Shown here: in pieces, positions 9,932-20,135 of the stretch
Numbering within the stretch: the first letter of the stretch is position 1
Layout of the letters: every line of letters starts with the position of its first letter
Virus record (IMG/VR): IMGVR_UViG_3300008448_011250
Location: 1 to 64,000 of that record
From: a virus
Reading direction: 5' to 3' (one strand)
Length of the DNA stretch: 64,000 bases
Made by a program: the position numbers and the translations under genes
Notes under the pieces: model-generated
The model's database searches: none
What the model saw: the letters and a program-made list of their open reading frames with translations, nothing else
Told to the model about the DNA's origin: nothing

Positions 9932-11335
9932 ATGCCGAATCGTTGGCCCATAGCATCAGGTAATTGGAGTGACTCGGCAATTTGGTCAGGTTCAATTAAA
10001 CCTGTTGCTGGGGATGATGTATTTGCTAATAATCAATCAATTTATATAGATGAAGATATTAATGTTGCTACATTAAGAAATTCTTCAACAACTGGGGTTA
10101 CACAAGGTGGAATATTTTACATAAATAATGGAGTTAATATTAATTTAACAGCAAATCCTGCAATGTATCATACAGGTCCAGCAGTATTTGCAGTTACAAA
10201 CACACCTTTAGTAATTATTTCTGGTTCAAATACCGCATCACTTACTGGAAGTTTAGGGGCAACTACATATGGTCCAAAAATCCATTTACAAGATAATTCA
10301 AGTTTACGTATTTCCGGAAGTGTAGTTTCTACAACTAACACAGCAAATATAGGAATACGACATAGTTCAACTGGCAATTTAACTATAACAGGTAGCATTA
10401 CAACGGGAGGAGGACAATCTTCTCATACAATTTACATCGATAGCTCAAGTTCTACTAATATATCCGGAAGTGTAGTTGGTGCAGGTAATGCAATAGGTAT
10501 ATATAATCTTTCATCTGGTACTGTCCGTATTGTAGGAACAGTCACTGGCGCAAATGGTGGTAATGGGGCAATATCTGTTTATAACCTAGCAAATGGAAAT
10601 ATTATAGTTACAGGTAGTATTTTAGGTGCATCCGATGCTAACTATAATGGTAAATGGGGTATTTACAATACCTCTAATGGAAATGTTTATGTTTCTGGTA
10701 GTGTTATTGGCGGCCAAGGAGGTCAACAAGCTAATGGTGTAGCAAATACTTCTGTAGGTACAGTTATAATAGATGGAACTGTAACTGCTGGTACAGCTGG
10801 ATCCGGCCCAAACGCTTCAATGTATGGTGTATTCAATTCAGGAACAGGAACCCTAATTGTTAGAGGAGCCATCTCAGCTAGTACAATATCACCGGGTGTT
10901 GGAGCTACAGCAACAACTTCCACTAACTTATTCACAGGCCCATTCTACAACACAGGTTCATTCAATGCTGTTTTTGCATATCGTATGCAAGTATTTGATC
11001 AACCAACACGCTGGACTTTTGACACGGAAACAGCGGGTGTCGTAAAAACACTATATACTTCAAATCAACTTCCCGGAGTACCTCAACAAACAGATGTACG
11101 TAAAGGAACAACATATAATTTTGGATTAACTGGCTCACTTGCAATGCCAGATCCAACAACGGTAAAAACGGGTGTTGCAACAGACAATACAACAGGCTCT
11201 GCTATTTTAACAGCAGAAGATATGTTTGGAGTTTTAACACAAAATATAACTACTTCGGGTAGTATAGGAACATTATTAACCGGAGCTTCCACTGCACAAA
11301 CAGTAGGAGCTACCATTGCATCATTTAAAGTATAA
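9932..11335 (+). CDS. MPNRW-family G/S/T/N-rich beta-solenoid-like structural protein, copy 1
   Basis: Conserved N-terminus MPNRWPIASGNWS, repetitive GIxNxSxGxVxVxG core, C-terminal DNTTGSA block. Confidence 0.75.
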   Translation: MPNRWPIASGNWSDSAIWSGSIKPVAGDDVFANNQSIYIDEDINVATLRNSSTTGVTQGGIFYINNGVNINLTANPAMYHTGPAVFAVTNTPLVIISGSNTASLTGSLGATTYGPKIHLQDNSSLRISGSVVSTTNTANIGIRHSSTGNLTITGSITTGGGQSSHTIYIDSSSSTNISGSVVGAGNAIGIYNLSSGTVRIVGTVTGANGGNGAISVYNLANGNIIVTGSILGASDANYNGKWGIYNTSNGNVYVSGSVIGGQGGQQANGVANTSVGTVIIDGTVTAGTAGSGPNASMYGVFNSGTGTLIVRGAISASTISPGVGATATTSTNLFTGPFYNTGSFNAVFAYRMQVFDQPTRWTFDTETAGVVKTLYTSNQLPGVPQQTDVRKGTTYNFGLTGSLAMPDPTTVKTGVATDNTTGSAILTAEDMFGVLTQNITTSGSIGTLLTGASTAQTVGATIASFKV

Positions 11336-11337
11336 TT

Positions 11338-12846
11338 ATGCCGAATAGATGGGCAGTAGCATCAGGAAATTGGTCAAATACCGCAACATGGAACAATGGA
11401 GCTGTATTAGGAGCACCTACTGCATCTGATGTAGCATATGCAAATAACCAATCAATTTATATTGATACTAACGTAACAGTACAAGCATTAAGTAACGCAG
11501 CACTAGCAGGTACTGCATCTGTATCAGGTAGTTTTTATTTGAATAACGCCATAACGGCTAGTACAACTGCGGCAACTGGATTAATAAGTGCTGTATCAAA
11601 TACACCATTAGTTTATATCAGCGGTTCTAGTCAAGCTCGTATTAATACAACAATGGGTGATACTACAGGTATTCGTATACGAACATTGGATAATTCAACT
11701 CTTACGGTTAGCGGAAGTGTCTTTGGGGGAAGTGCACAGCTAGGATATGGTATTCTACACACGTCAACTGGCACGCTATATATTACCGGCAGTATATCTC
11801 TGGGAACGAACTTATTACAATATGGGTTATACGTTTCAGCTAGCGCGGGTCCAACTTTTATTTTAGGTAATATAATAGGTGGAGTATCCCAAGCTGTACT
11901 TAATAACTCAATCACCGGAAGTATAACTGTATACGGAAATGTAACAGCCGGTGGATTTTCTAATGGTTCTGGTGTAATAAATTCAGGTGGTGGTAATCTT
12001 AACGTATATGGTAATGTAACATCTAATGCCAATACGGGAATCAGTAACACCGGCACCGGAAATGTATTCGTACAAGGTACTGTTTCATCATTTTTCGGAA
12101 CAAATGCAGGAATTGCAATAGCAAACTCATCAACTGGTAATGTAACAGTTATAGGTAATGTGATTGGTAGCAATGCAACATCTGCACCATCAGTTGGAAT
12201 AAGTAATACCAGTACCGGTATCATAATCGTAACAGGAAGTATCATAGGAAATAATGCTGCAGGAATATCTACATCTGGTGACACATATATTTCCGGATCA
12301 GTAACAGCTGGCGCAGCTGCTACTGGAATATCATCAACTGCTAATAAATTAATACAAGTAATAGGACCTATTACAGCCGGAATTACCACCCCAGGAATAA
12401 CATCAACGGGAACATCTACAACATGTAGTTTGTCAGGACCTTTTATTAATAAAAATAACCGTAATGCAGTTTATGCGCCAAACATTTTTATTATATCAGG
12501 TTCTACGCCAACATGGGTATTTGATACAGAAACATACGGAGAACAAAGAACCCTATATACACAAAATTATCCCGGTAATTTTCCATCTGCCTCAAACGTA
12601 AGACAAGGAATAGTATTTGGAGATACAAACCAATTTACAGGAACAGTAGCAATACCTCCTACTGGTTCTGTACTTAAAGGAGTACTTGTAGATAATACAA
12701 CAGGTTCTGCTTCATTTGATACACAAAGTGTGTGGGGTATAAACACAAATTTATTAACTGTAACCGGAAGCTTAGGAGCACGTTTACGCAATGTTGCAAC
12801 AGTTGCAACAGATGGTGCTGCAATAGCTTCAAAAGGAAAATTATAA
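11338..12846 (+). CDS. MPNRW-family structural protein, copy 2
   Basis: Paralog of the 9932 ORF with the same terminal blocks. Confidence 0.75.
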   Translation: MPNRWAVASGNWSNTATWNNGAVLGAPTASDVAYANNQSIYIDTNVTVQALSNAALAGTASVSGSFYLNNAITASTTAATGLISAVSNTPLVYISGSSQARINTTMGDTTGIRIRTLDNSTLTVSGSVFGGSAQLGYGILHTSTGTLYITGSISLGTNLLQYGLYVSASAGPTFILGNIIGGVSQAVLNNSITGSITVYGNVTAGGFSNGSGVINSGGGNLNVYGNVTSNANTGISNTGTGNVFVQGTVSSFFGTNAGIAIANSSTGNVTVIGNVIGSNATSAPSVGISNTSTGIIIVTGSIIGNNAAGISTSGDTYISGSVTAGAAATGISSTANKLIQVIGPITAGITTPGITSTGTSTTCSLSGPFINKNNRNAVYAPNIFIISGSTPTWVFDTETYGEQRTLYTQNYPGNFPSASNVRQGIVFGDTNQFTGTVAIPPTGSVLKGVLVDNTTGSASFDTQSVWGINTNLLTVTGSLGARLRNVATVATDGAAIASKGKL

Positions 12847-12849
12847 GAT

Positions 12850-14286
12850 ATGCCGAATAGATGGCCCATAGCGAATGGAAATTGGAGCGATACCGCAATA
12901 TGGAATGGTGGTTTGGGATTACCTACTGCATCAGATGATGTGTATGCAAATTTAAAAACAGTAGTAATTGATACCAATGTTACGGTTTTTAGAATGACAA
13001 ATGCTGCATCTGCCTCTGCTATATTAGGCGGAGGGACATTTTTACTTGCAAATGGAGTAACATTAACTGCAACTTCACCAACAGGTATAACACCATTTGC
13101 ACCCGTAGCATCTGGCTCTGTTCTTTTAATATCTGGTTCTAATTCTGCTACTATTATAGGAAATTTAAGACCATTAAGAAACTCATCTGGAGCATGGCCT
13201 TCGGGTAGTGCTGGTTTAACACTAAGTGTACGGAATAATGCTCAGGTAACTATTACTGGAAGTGTCGCTGGAAATTCAGGATTTATTGGCTCAATAGGAA
13301 TTACAGTAAGTGGTTCTGGAGCCGTTGTGAATATTTCTGGAAGTGTCGAAACAGGACCTGGCCAGGGAGGTATAACATCCCAAGCTGGTATTTCAGTATC
13401 CCCACGCGGGTCTGTAAATATTAATGGTAATGTATCATTTTTTAATATAACTGATCTAGGAGCAGCAAATGCAATTGTATTTAATAGCTCGGATATATTA
13501 ACAATTACTGGAAGTGTGATACAAACTGATGCTAATAATTCAACAATTGCAAATACTTCTGGAACTGGTAGTATATATATCTCTGGAAGTTTGATCGGCC
13601 GAACAACTAGTACTAGTGCTATTATATCAAAAACTACAGCTGGAGATATTATTGTAATAGGAAACTTACTAGGTCCAACATCTGCAAATGCTATATCACA
13701 TACATCTACAGGCAATATAATCGTTTCAGGAAGTATTATAAAAATAGGTGCAGGTATCCCTATATCAACAACGGGAGCTTCAACAACCATAGTTACCGGT
13801 TCTATATCATTTACTGGTTCGATTTCTGGGCCTGTTATTTCTTCAACCTCAACTTCTGGTTTAGTTAGAATTGCTAGCCCCGTTGCTAGTTTTAATACAT
13901 TTAATCCAATATACTCACCCAGAATACAATATTTTTCAGATTCTCGTCCAGCTTATACTTTCCAATCAGACACATTTGGTAAAGATGTAACATTTTATGA
14001 TGTATCATATACCGCGAGCCTACCTTCTCAAACCGATGTTCGAAGTGGAAGTTTATATGGTGGATCAAACGAATTTTCTGGTTCAATGGTAGTACCTTCA
14101 ACAGGTTCTGTACGGTTTGGAGTGCCCGTAGATAATACGACAGGATCTGCCACACTAACACCGCAAGACATTTTAACGTATGCAACTCAAAATTTAACGG
14201 GTTCAAATACAATTGGAGCTCGTTTACGAAATATATCAACAACACAAACTGCAGCAGCAACTATTGCTGCTTTTAAAGGAAAATAA
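12850..14286 (+). CDS. MPNRW-family structural protein, copy 3
   Basis: Paralog of the 9932 ORF. Confidence 0.75.
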   Translation: MPNRWPIANGNWSDTAIWNGGLGLPTASDDVYANLKTVVIDTNVTVFRMTNAASASAILGGGTFLLANGVTLTATSPTGITPFAPVASGSVLLISGSNSATIIGNLRPLRNSSGAWPSGSAGLTLSVRNNAQVTITGSVAGNSGFIGSIGITVSGSGAVVNISGSVETGPGQGGITSQAGISVSPRGSVNINGNVSFFNITDLGAANAIVFNSSDILTITGSVIQTDANNSTIANTSGTGSIYISGSLIGRTTSTSAIISKTTAGDIIVIGNLLGPTSANAISHTSTGNIIVSGSIIKIGAGIPISTTGASTTIVTGSISFTGSISGPVISSTSTSGLVRIASPVASFNTFNPIYSPRIQYFSDSRPAYTFQSDTFGKDVTFYDVSYTASLPSQTDVRSGSLYGGSNEFSGSMVVPSTGSVRFGVPVDNTTGSATLTPQDILTYATQNLTGSNTIGARLRNISTTQTAAATIAAFKGK

Positions 14287-14287
14287 A

Positions 14288-15607
14288 ATGCCAAACAGAT
14301 GGCCTATAGCAAATGGTAATTGGAGCGACTCAGCAATTTGGAGCGGTAGCATAATACCTACTGCAGCGGATGATGTATTCTTAAATAATCAAACAATAAC
14401 ATTGGATCAAACCATTATTGTGAGGAGTATACGAATAGGAGCAACAGGTAGTGCTGTTGCTGGCGGATTACTTAATATTTATAGTGACTATGACATTGCA
14501 TGTACAACTACACAATCAAATCTTGCAGGAGGATTAGACAGTAATGGTGCTACCGTAACCGGAGGATTTGTAAAATACTACAACACCGGATCAATCACAA
14601 TAATAGCACATTTAGTTGCTGCAAGAAATACTTTAGAAAATGTTAATAATGGCACTATTAATATAACAGGAGATGTTAGAATACCAAGTAACGTTATTAC
14701 AAATGGTAGAACTATAACAAATACATCGAATGGTATTATCAATATAATAGGAAATATTTCTGCAGGAACTACAATACAATCAGGAAATTATGCTATATTA
14801 AATTCTTCAAATGGAACTATCTCAATAATAGGAAATGTAACAGGAGGTAATAACGCATCTGCGCCCCATGCTATTGTTAATAATAGTATTGGAACAATTA
14901 ACGTAACAGGTACAGTAACAGGCGGTGCAACGGGCGCAACATATGGTATTAATAATGCTCTTAATGGTATAGTTAATGTAACTGGAAATGTAAATGGAGG
15001 CACTGCATTAACAGGCCATGGTATTAATAATGCATCAATTGGAACAATTAATGTTACAGGTAATATTACAGCTGGTTCTCAAACAGGAACTGGAATTAAT
15101 TCAACTACAGCTGGTATAATAAACATAATAGGTCAATTACAAGCCACGACAACAGCAAATGCAGTATCATCAACATCAACCACAGCAACTAACTTGCTTT
15201 CAGGTCCATTCATCAATTCAGGCTCACGCAACGCAATATATTGCTATAACGTACAAATGTATAAAAATGCCGTCACATCATATCAAATTGGTGTTTCTGG
15301 TTCTGCTAACATAATAACATTGCTTAGTGAAGACCAAGCACTCGGAATGCCTACATCTGCAAATGTAAGAACTGGCACCATATATGGCCCAACTTCAGCA
15401 ATAACAGGTTCAATGGCTGTTCCAAATCCACAATCAGTATCATGGGGAGTAGCAGTAGACAATACTACGGGTTCGGCACTAGTTAAACCAGAAGATTTAT
15501 GGAATTATGCCATAACCTCATTAACGGCATCAAACAGCATCGGTCAACGTTTAGCTAATGCATCAACATCGGCTTCTACAGCTGCAACAGTAAATGCATT
15601 TGGATAA
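14288..15607 (+). CDS. MPNRW-family structural protein, copy 4 (start corrected from 14213)
   Basis: ATG at 14288 gives MPNRWPIANGNWS, matching the paralogs, 1 nt after the previous stop. Confidence 0.75.
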   Translation: MPNRWPIANGNWSDSAIWSGSIIPTAADDVFLNNQTITLDQTIIVRSIRIGATGSAVAGGLLNIYSDYDIACTTTQSNLAGGLDSNGATVTGGFVKYYNTGSITIIAHLVAARNTLENVNNGTINITGDVRIPSNVITNGRTITNTSNGIINIIGNISAGTTIQSGNYAILNSSNGTISIIGNVTGGNNASAPHAIVNNSIGTINVTGTVTGGATGATYGINNALNGIVNVTGNVNGGTALTGHGINNASIGTINVTGNITAGSQTGTGINSTTAGIINIIGQLQATTTANAVSSTSTTATNLLSGPFINSGSRNAIYCYNVQMYKNAVTSYQIGVSGSANIITLLSEDQALGMPTSANVRTGTIYGPTSAITGSMAVPNPQSVSWGVAVDNTTGSALVKPEDLWNYAITSLTASNSIGQRLANASTSASTAATVNAFG

Positions 15608-15650
15608 TTGAAATAAAATTCATATAATAAAACAAAAAGGATAACAAGTT

Positions 15651-15920
15651 ATGACTCGTAAACTGGACAAGGAACATTTAGAAGAAATTCAATTGCTTCG
15701 AGATGCATTTGCAAAAAATTCAACAATTCTAGGCAATTTAACAATTGAAACATATGCATTAGAACAACAACTAGAACAATTGAAATATGAAAAAGAAAAG
15801 CTATTAAACGAATTCACACAGCTTCGCGAACAAGAATCTGAATTAATTGATAAAATGCGTGCACGATATGGCGATGGTCAAATAAATATTGCAGATGGCA
15901 CATTTACTGCAAATTCCTAG
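15651..15920 (+). CDS. Small coiled-coil hypothetical protein
   Basis: Heptad-rich E/Q/K/L sequence ending YGDGQINIADGTF; AAGGA RBS. Confidence 0.75.
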   Translation: MTRKLDKEHLEEIQLLRDAFAKNSTILGNLTIETYALEQQLEQLKYEKEKLLNEFTQLREQESELIDKMRARYGDGQINIADGTFTANS

Positions 15921-15969
15921 GTTTGGTAACATATTAGTATATTTATATAAAAAAATCATAGGAGTTTAA

Positions 15970-18447
15970 ATGGCAGAAAGAATAATTTCGCCCGGAGTAT
16001 TTACGAGAGAGGTAGATCAATCGTTTTTACCCGGAGCAATTGCACAAATTGGTGCAGCAATAATAGGACCAACTGTAAAAGGTCCTGCACTAGTTCCAAC
16101 ACAAATTACATCGCTTTCACAATTTCAAAACACATTTGGATCATTCACTGATGAATCATATGTTCCATTCGTTGTTAAAGAATACTTAGAAAAAGGTGGA
16201 AATGTAATTACAGTAACACGTTTATTGTACGAAGATGGATATGAATTATCAAATGGTGTATTAGCTATTGTAGCACAATCAGGTTCAACCAAAGTTGTAT
16301 CTCACGTATTACATCCAACGTACCCAGTAACAACTACGGGTGCAACAAATCTATTTGAAGATTCAGTATTGCTTGATGCAGGTTCGGGAAGTTTTGCAAT
16401 TAAAATATCTGGATCATACGGTGTAGCTACAGGTACTGATGCAACGGCAATTAGTTTTGGCGGTTCATTCTTAGTAGCAGAAGGAGTTGCAATTTCAGCA
16501 TCAATTACGCCTTCAAGCAATAGATACCTAACCAAAGTATTTTCAGCTGATCCAAAGTCAATTGATTATCCAGTATATGTACAATATGATACTGATACAA
16601 CCGGGTTATTTGCAAACATAGGTCATGTAACAATGTCTTTAGAAAAGATTGCAAGTTTTAGACTATTACAGGATTATCAGTCTGCATCAACACCATGGGT
16701 AACTTCACAAAAAGTTGGAAGTACCGCAAAAAACTTGTTTAAGTTTCATACATTATCGCATGGTACATCAGTTAATTATGATGTTAAAGTTTCTATCTCA
16801 GAGCTTGTTACAAGTGACGAAACAAATGACCCAGATGGTTATGGATCATTTACGGTACAGATTCGTCGAGTAAATCCGCAAAATTTAGGAATTGAAAATT
16901 CTCCATATGGAAACAATTCAGATACAGATTCGTCTCCGGCATTAGTTTCATTTCAAAATGTTAATTTGAATCCAGCATCATCTAGATACATTGCACGAGT
17001 AATTGGAGACCGTTATCAAACTGTAACAGACAATGGCGTAGTTGTTATTAACGGAGATTATCCAAACACAAATGCATGGATCCGAGTAGAAGTTGATCCA
17101 GGTGTTGCAAATAAAACAAATAGCAAAACGTTAATTCCGTTTGGATTTAGATCAATGTCAAGTCCAATACCAATGGCATCCGGCTCATTGAATTTAACTG
17201 CTACTTCATATGTTACTTCGCAAGTAGTTGGCGGAAATTATAGCAGTTTAAATTTACATGGATTTGATTTTGGTAGCACGAACAACAGAGCATATTTAGC
17301 TCCAACTCCAACTAGTGGTTCTGTAACCGGAAGTAACGCAGATTTTTATCTTGGAGATGTTAATCAATCTGCACAAGTAGGATATCCGTCTGCAACTGCA
17401 GCATATTCGGGTTCATTAGAATCTGCATTAACAGGTGGAACATTCCAAGCAAATGTTGCATTATCAACACGTAAGTTTGTTGTTGCATTCCAAGGTGGAT
17501 TTGACGGAGCTCGTCCAAACTTACCAAAATATGCTGGAACTTATATTGCTGATGATAATACATTTGGATTTGATTGTAGCACTACAACATCTACAGGTAC
17601 AACAGCATATAATAAAGCATTCACAGTATTGAGCAATACTGATTATTATGATATGAATTTATTGTTAACACCGGGTATTATCGATAGTTTGCATGGATCA
17701 GTAACATTATCTGCAAGACAATTAGCAGAAGGACGTCAAGATACATTCTATGTAATGGATTCAAATGCATTAACAGATTCAATTAATTCAGTAACAACAC
17801 AAGTTCAAACTTTGGATAGCAATTATACAGCAACATATTGGCCATGGGTTAGAATAACCAATCCTAGCAACAATGTTCCATTATGGGTTCCACCTTCAGT
17901 TGTAGTTCCAGGAGTATTGTCATACAATGATGCAGTAGCTCAACCATGGTATGCACCTGCAGGTTTGAATCGTGGCGGCTTAACTAGTGTTACTGATACT
18001 TATATTAGATTGTTGCAAAGTGATCGAGATACATTGTATCAAGCTCGTGTTAACCCTATTGCGAACTTCGTAAATGATGGCGTTTGCATTTGGGGGCAAA
18101 AGACACTACAAGCTAGACCAAGTGCATTAGACCGAGTAAATGTGCGTCGTTTGCTTATTGCGGTTAAGAAATTTATTGCATCTTCAACTCGTTATTTAGT
18201 ATTTGAACAAAATACAGCATCAACACGAGCAAGATTCTTAAGCATCACAAACCCATACTTAGAACAAGTAAGAGCACAGCAAGGTTTATTTGCATTTCGA
18301 GTTATTATGGATGAAACAAATAATACTCCAGATGTAATTGATCAAAACATATTATACGGACAATTATTTTTGCAACCAACTAGAACGGCTGAATTTATTG
18401 TATTAGATTTCAATATTCAACCGACAGGAGCAAGTTTCCCGGCATAA
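15970..18447 (+). CDS. Contractile tail sheath protein
   Basis: SPGVFTREVD, GPTVKGP, YWPWV, PWYAPAGLNRG, RDTLYQARVNPI, WGQKTLQ, LDRVNVRRL, PTRTAEFIVLDF. Confidence 0.95.
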   Translation: MAERIISPGVFTREVDQSFLPGAIAQIGAAIIGPTVKGPALVPTQITSLSQFQNTFGSFTDESYVPFVVKEYLEKGGNVITVTRLLYEDGYELSNGVLAIVAQSGSTKVVSHVLHPTYPVTTTGATNLFEDSVLLDAGSGSFAIKISGSYGVATGTDATAISFGGSFLVAEGVAISASITPSSNRYLTKVFSADPKSIDYPVYVQYDTDTTGLFANIGHVTMSLEKIASFRLLQDYQSASTPWVTSQKVGSTAKNLFKFHTLSHGTSVNYDVKVSISELVTSDETNDPDGYGSFTVQIRRVNPQNLGIENSPYGNNSDTDSSPALVSFQNVNLNPASSRYIARVIGDRYQTVTDNGVVVINGDYPNTNAWIRVEVDPGVANKTNSKTLIPFGFRSMSSPIPMASGSLNLTATSYVTSQVVGGNYSSLNLHGFDFGSTNNRAYLAPTPTSGSVTGSNADFYLGDVNQSAQVGYPSATAAYSGSLESALTGGTFQANVALSTRKFVVAFQGGFDGARPNLPKYAGTYIADDNTFGFDCSTTTSTGTTAYNKAFTVLSNTDYYDMNLLLTPGIIDSLHGSVTLSARQLAEGRQDTFYVMDSNALTDSINSVTTQVQTLDSNYTATYWPWVRITNPSNNVPLWVPPSVVVPGVLSYNDAVAQPWYAPAGLNRGGLTSVTDTYIRLLQSDRDTLYQARVNPIANFVNDGVCIWGQKTLQARPSALDRVNVRRLLIAVKKFIASSTRYLVFEQNTASTRARFLSITNPYLEQVRAQQGLFAFRVIMDETNNTPDVIDQNILYGQLFLQPTRTAEFIVLDFNIQPTGASFPA

Positions 18448-18461
18448 TTAAAAACATCATG

Positions 18462-18491
18462 AAAAGGTAGGGCGAAAGTTCTACCTTTTTT
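18462..18491 (+). terminator. Intrinsic terminator after sheath
   Basis: AAAAGGTAGGGC-GAAA-GTTCTACCTTTTTT. Confidence 0.85.
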
Positions 18492-18529
18492 ACTGTACAT
18501 ATATTTATATAAAAAAACGAGGTATTGAA

Positions 18530-19051
18530 ATGGCATTAATTGATAACGCAAATCCAAATTTGGCAATTGCATCTGAAAACGAAATGTTTCAAACGGCGTT
18601 TTCGTGGGAACCGAAACGTCAACATCAATTTATATTAGAGTTAAATGGAATTCCATCATACTTGATAAAAGCATCTGGTAAACCTACAATTACTAACACA
18701 GCAGTTGAACTTGATATGATCAATGTTAAACGTTATGTTGCTGGTAAACATTCATGGGATACTATCACGATGACACTTTATGATGCAATTGTTCCATCTG
18801 GAGCACAAGCAGTTATGGAGTGGGTTCGTTTACATCATGAGTCTGCAACAGGTCGAGATGGGTATTCTTCATTCTACAAAAAAGAAATTCGCCTACACCA
18901 ACTTTCTCCACTAGGTGAAGTTATTGAAGAATGGATTTTGAAAGGTGCATTTATTACAAGTGCAGGATTTGGAACATATGATTGGTCAAGTGATGCAGTA
19001 CAAGAAATTGAATTAACTATTCAATATGATTGGGCATTCTTGAATTTCTAA
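18530..19051 (+). CDS. Tail tube protein (gp19-like)
   Basis: Follows the sheath. EPKR..F, YVAGK..W..ITMTLYD, WILKGAF, IELTIQYDWA. Confidence 0.9.
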   Translation: MALIDNANPNLAIASENEMFQTAFSWEPKRQHQFILELNGIPSYLIKASGKPTITNTAVELDMINVKRYVAGKHSWDTITMTLYDAIVPSGAQAVMEWVRLHHESATGRDGYSSFYKKEIRLHQLSPLGEVIEEWILKGAFITSAGFGTYDWSSDAVQEIELTIQYDWAFLNF

Positions 19052-19065
19052 TTCATAAAATTTAT

Positions 19066-19091
19066 AATGGGAGTTCCGGCTCCCATTTTTT
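19066..19091 (+). terminator. Intrinsic terminator after tube
   Basis: AATGGGAGT-TCCG-GCTCCCATT followed by TTTT. Confidence 0.85.
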
Positions 19092-19133
19092 ATGTTCTGT
19101 ATATTTATATTAAAGTTATAAAAGGAAATCATA

Positions 19134-19889
19134 ATGAGTAAAGTTACAACAAGATTAGGCAATCAAGACATCGTTAATTTAGCAAAACAACGTTTTGAAT
19201 CACAACAAAAAAGCAAATTACCAACAGTTATTGTGTCATTGCCAAGTGGCGGCAAAATTTATCCCGAATCACATCCTTTGCGAAGCGGAAAAATAGATAT
19301 GCGCTATTTAACGGCATATGATGAAGACATTCTAACCAATATTTCTTATATTAGAGAAGGAGTAATGTTTGAAAGATTGTTAGAAGCAATCATTATGACG
19401 GATGTTGATGTTGCAGACATTGCTGCAGTAGATAAAGATGGATTAATTATACACGCGCGCGTATTAGCATATGGTGCAGAATATCCAGTTGTAATAAAAG
19501 ATCCAAAAACTGAAAAGGAATTGCAACGAGTAGTTGATTTATCTGCCGTAAAATATTTGCCATTTGAATTAGAATCAGATGAAAATGGAGAATTTACTTA
19601 TGATGTAGCGGGACACGTCATTAAATTTTCTTATTTAGGTCGCGACACAAGCAAAATGTCTGTCTCAGAAACACTTAAACATATAATTTGCCAAGTAGAT
19701 GATTTGAGATCAGAAGAAGCAATTGATGAATTTGTACGTTATCATTTCTTAGCTCGAGATGCAAAAATATTCCGCAAATATTATGCAGATAATGCACCAG
19801 GCCTGGATTTAACATACGAATTCGAAGGTGAAACAGGAGGCACCTTCACTGCCGGGTTTCTTCTTGGAACAGACCTTTTTTGGTTTTAA
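19134..19889 (+). CDS. Tail assembly chaperone / baseplate hub assembly protein (gp26-like)
   Basis: LPSGGKIYP and MRYLTAYDEDILT motifs; lies between tube and tape measure. Confidence 0.7.
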   Translation: MSKVTTRLGNQDIVNLAKQRFESQQKSKLPTVIVSLPSGGKIYPESHPLRSGKIDMRYLTAYDEDILTNISYIREGVMFERLLEAIIMTDVDVADIAAVDKDGLIIHARVLAYGAEYPVVIKDPKTEKELQRVVDLSAVKYLPFELESDENGEFTYDVAGHVIKFSYLGRDTSKMSVSETLKHIICQVDDLRSEEAIDEFVRYHFLARDAKIFRKYYADNAPGLDLTYEFEGETGGTFTAGFLLGTDLFWF

Positions 19890-20109
19890 ACCAGAAGATC
19901 GTGTTAAATTGCATGAAAATATTTTTAATTTGATTTGGTGGGGTGCTGGTCGTTGGGACTGGGATACTATATATCATATGCCCGTACACATTCGGCGATT
20001 TTGGACTAAAAAAGTCAACAAGATGATTGAAGATGAAAATGATCGGCAAGAACAATTGGCAAATGCTGCTAAAACAAAACGACGTGCAGTACCAAAATCT
20101 CCTAGATAA
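19876..20109 (+). CDS. Downstream chaperone segment (gp51/gpT-like), probably reached by frameshift
   Basis: +1 frame FFGFKPEDR...W..DTIYHMPVHIRRFW overlapping the end of the upstream ORF at CTT TTT TGG TTT TAA; no convincing RBS of its own. Confidence 0.6.
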   Translation, partial: FFGFKPEDRVKLHENIFNLIWWGAGRWDWDTIYHMPVHIRRFWTKKVNKMIEDENDRQEQLANAAKTKRRAVPKSPR

Positions 20110-20135
20110 ATATTTATTAAAAAGAAGAGTTCAGT

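Noticed and set aside
11631-13790. Long minus-strand ORFs (e.g. 11631-12389, 13242-13790) and many other antisense ORFs in the track
   Set aside because: They shadow low-complexity plus-strand genes whose codon usage yields few antisense stops. No RBS, no motifs, and every credible gene is on the + strand.
14213-14287. N-terminal extension of the fourth MPNRW paralog
   Set aside because: Overlaps the previous gene; paralogy places the start at 14288.
9932-15607. Diversity-generating retroelement or invertible shufflon acting on the paralog array
   Set aside because: No reverse transcriptase or recombinase in the window, no near-identical TR/VR pair with adenine-specific mismatches seen, and no inverted repeats.
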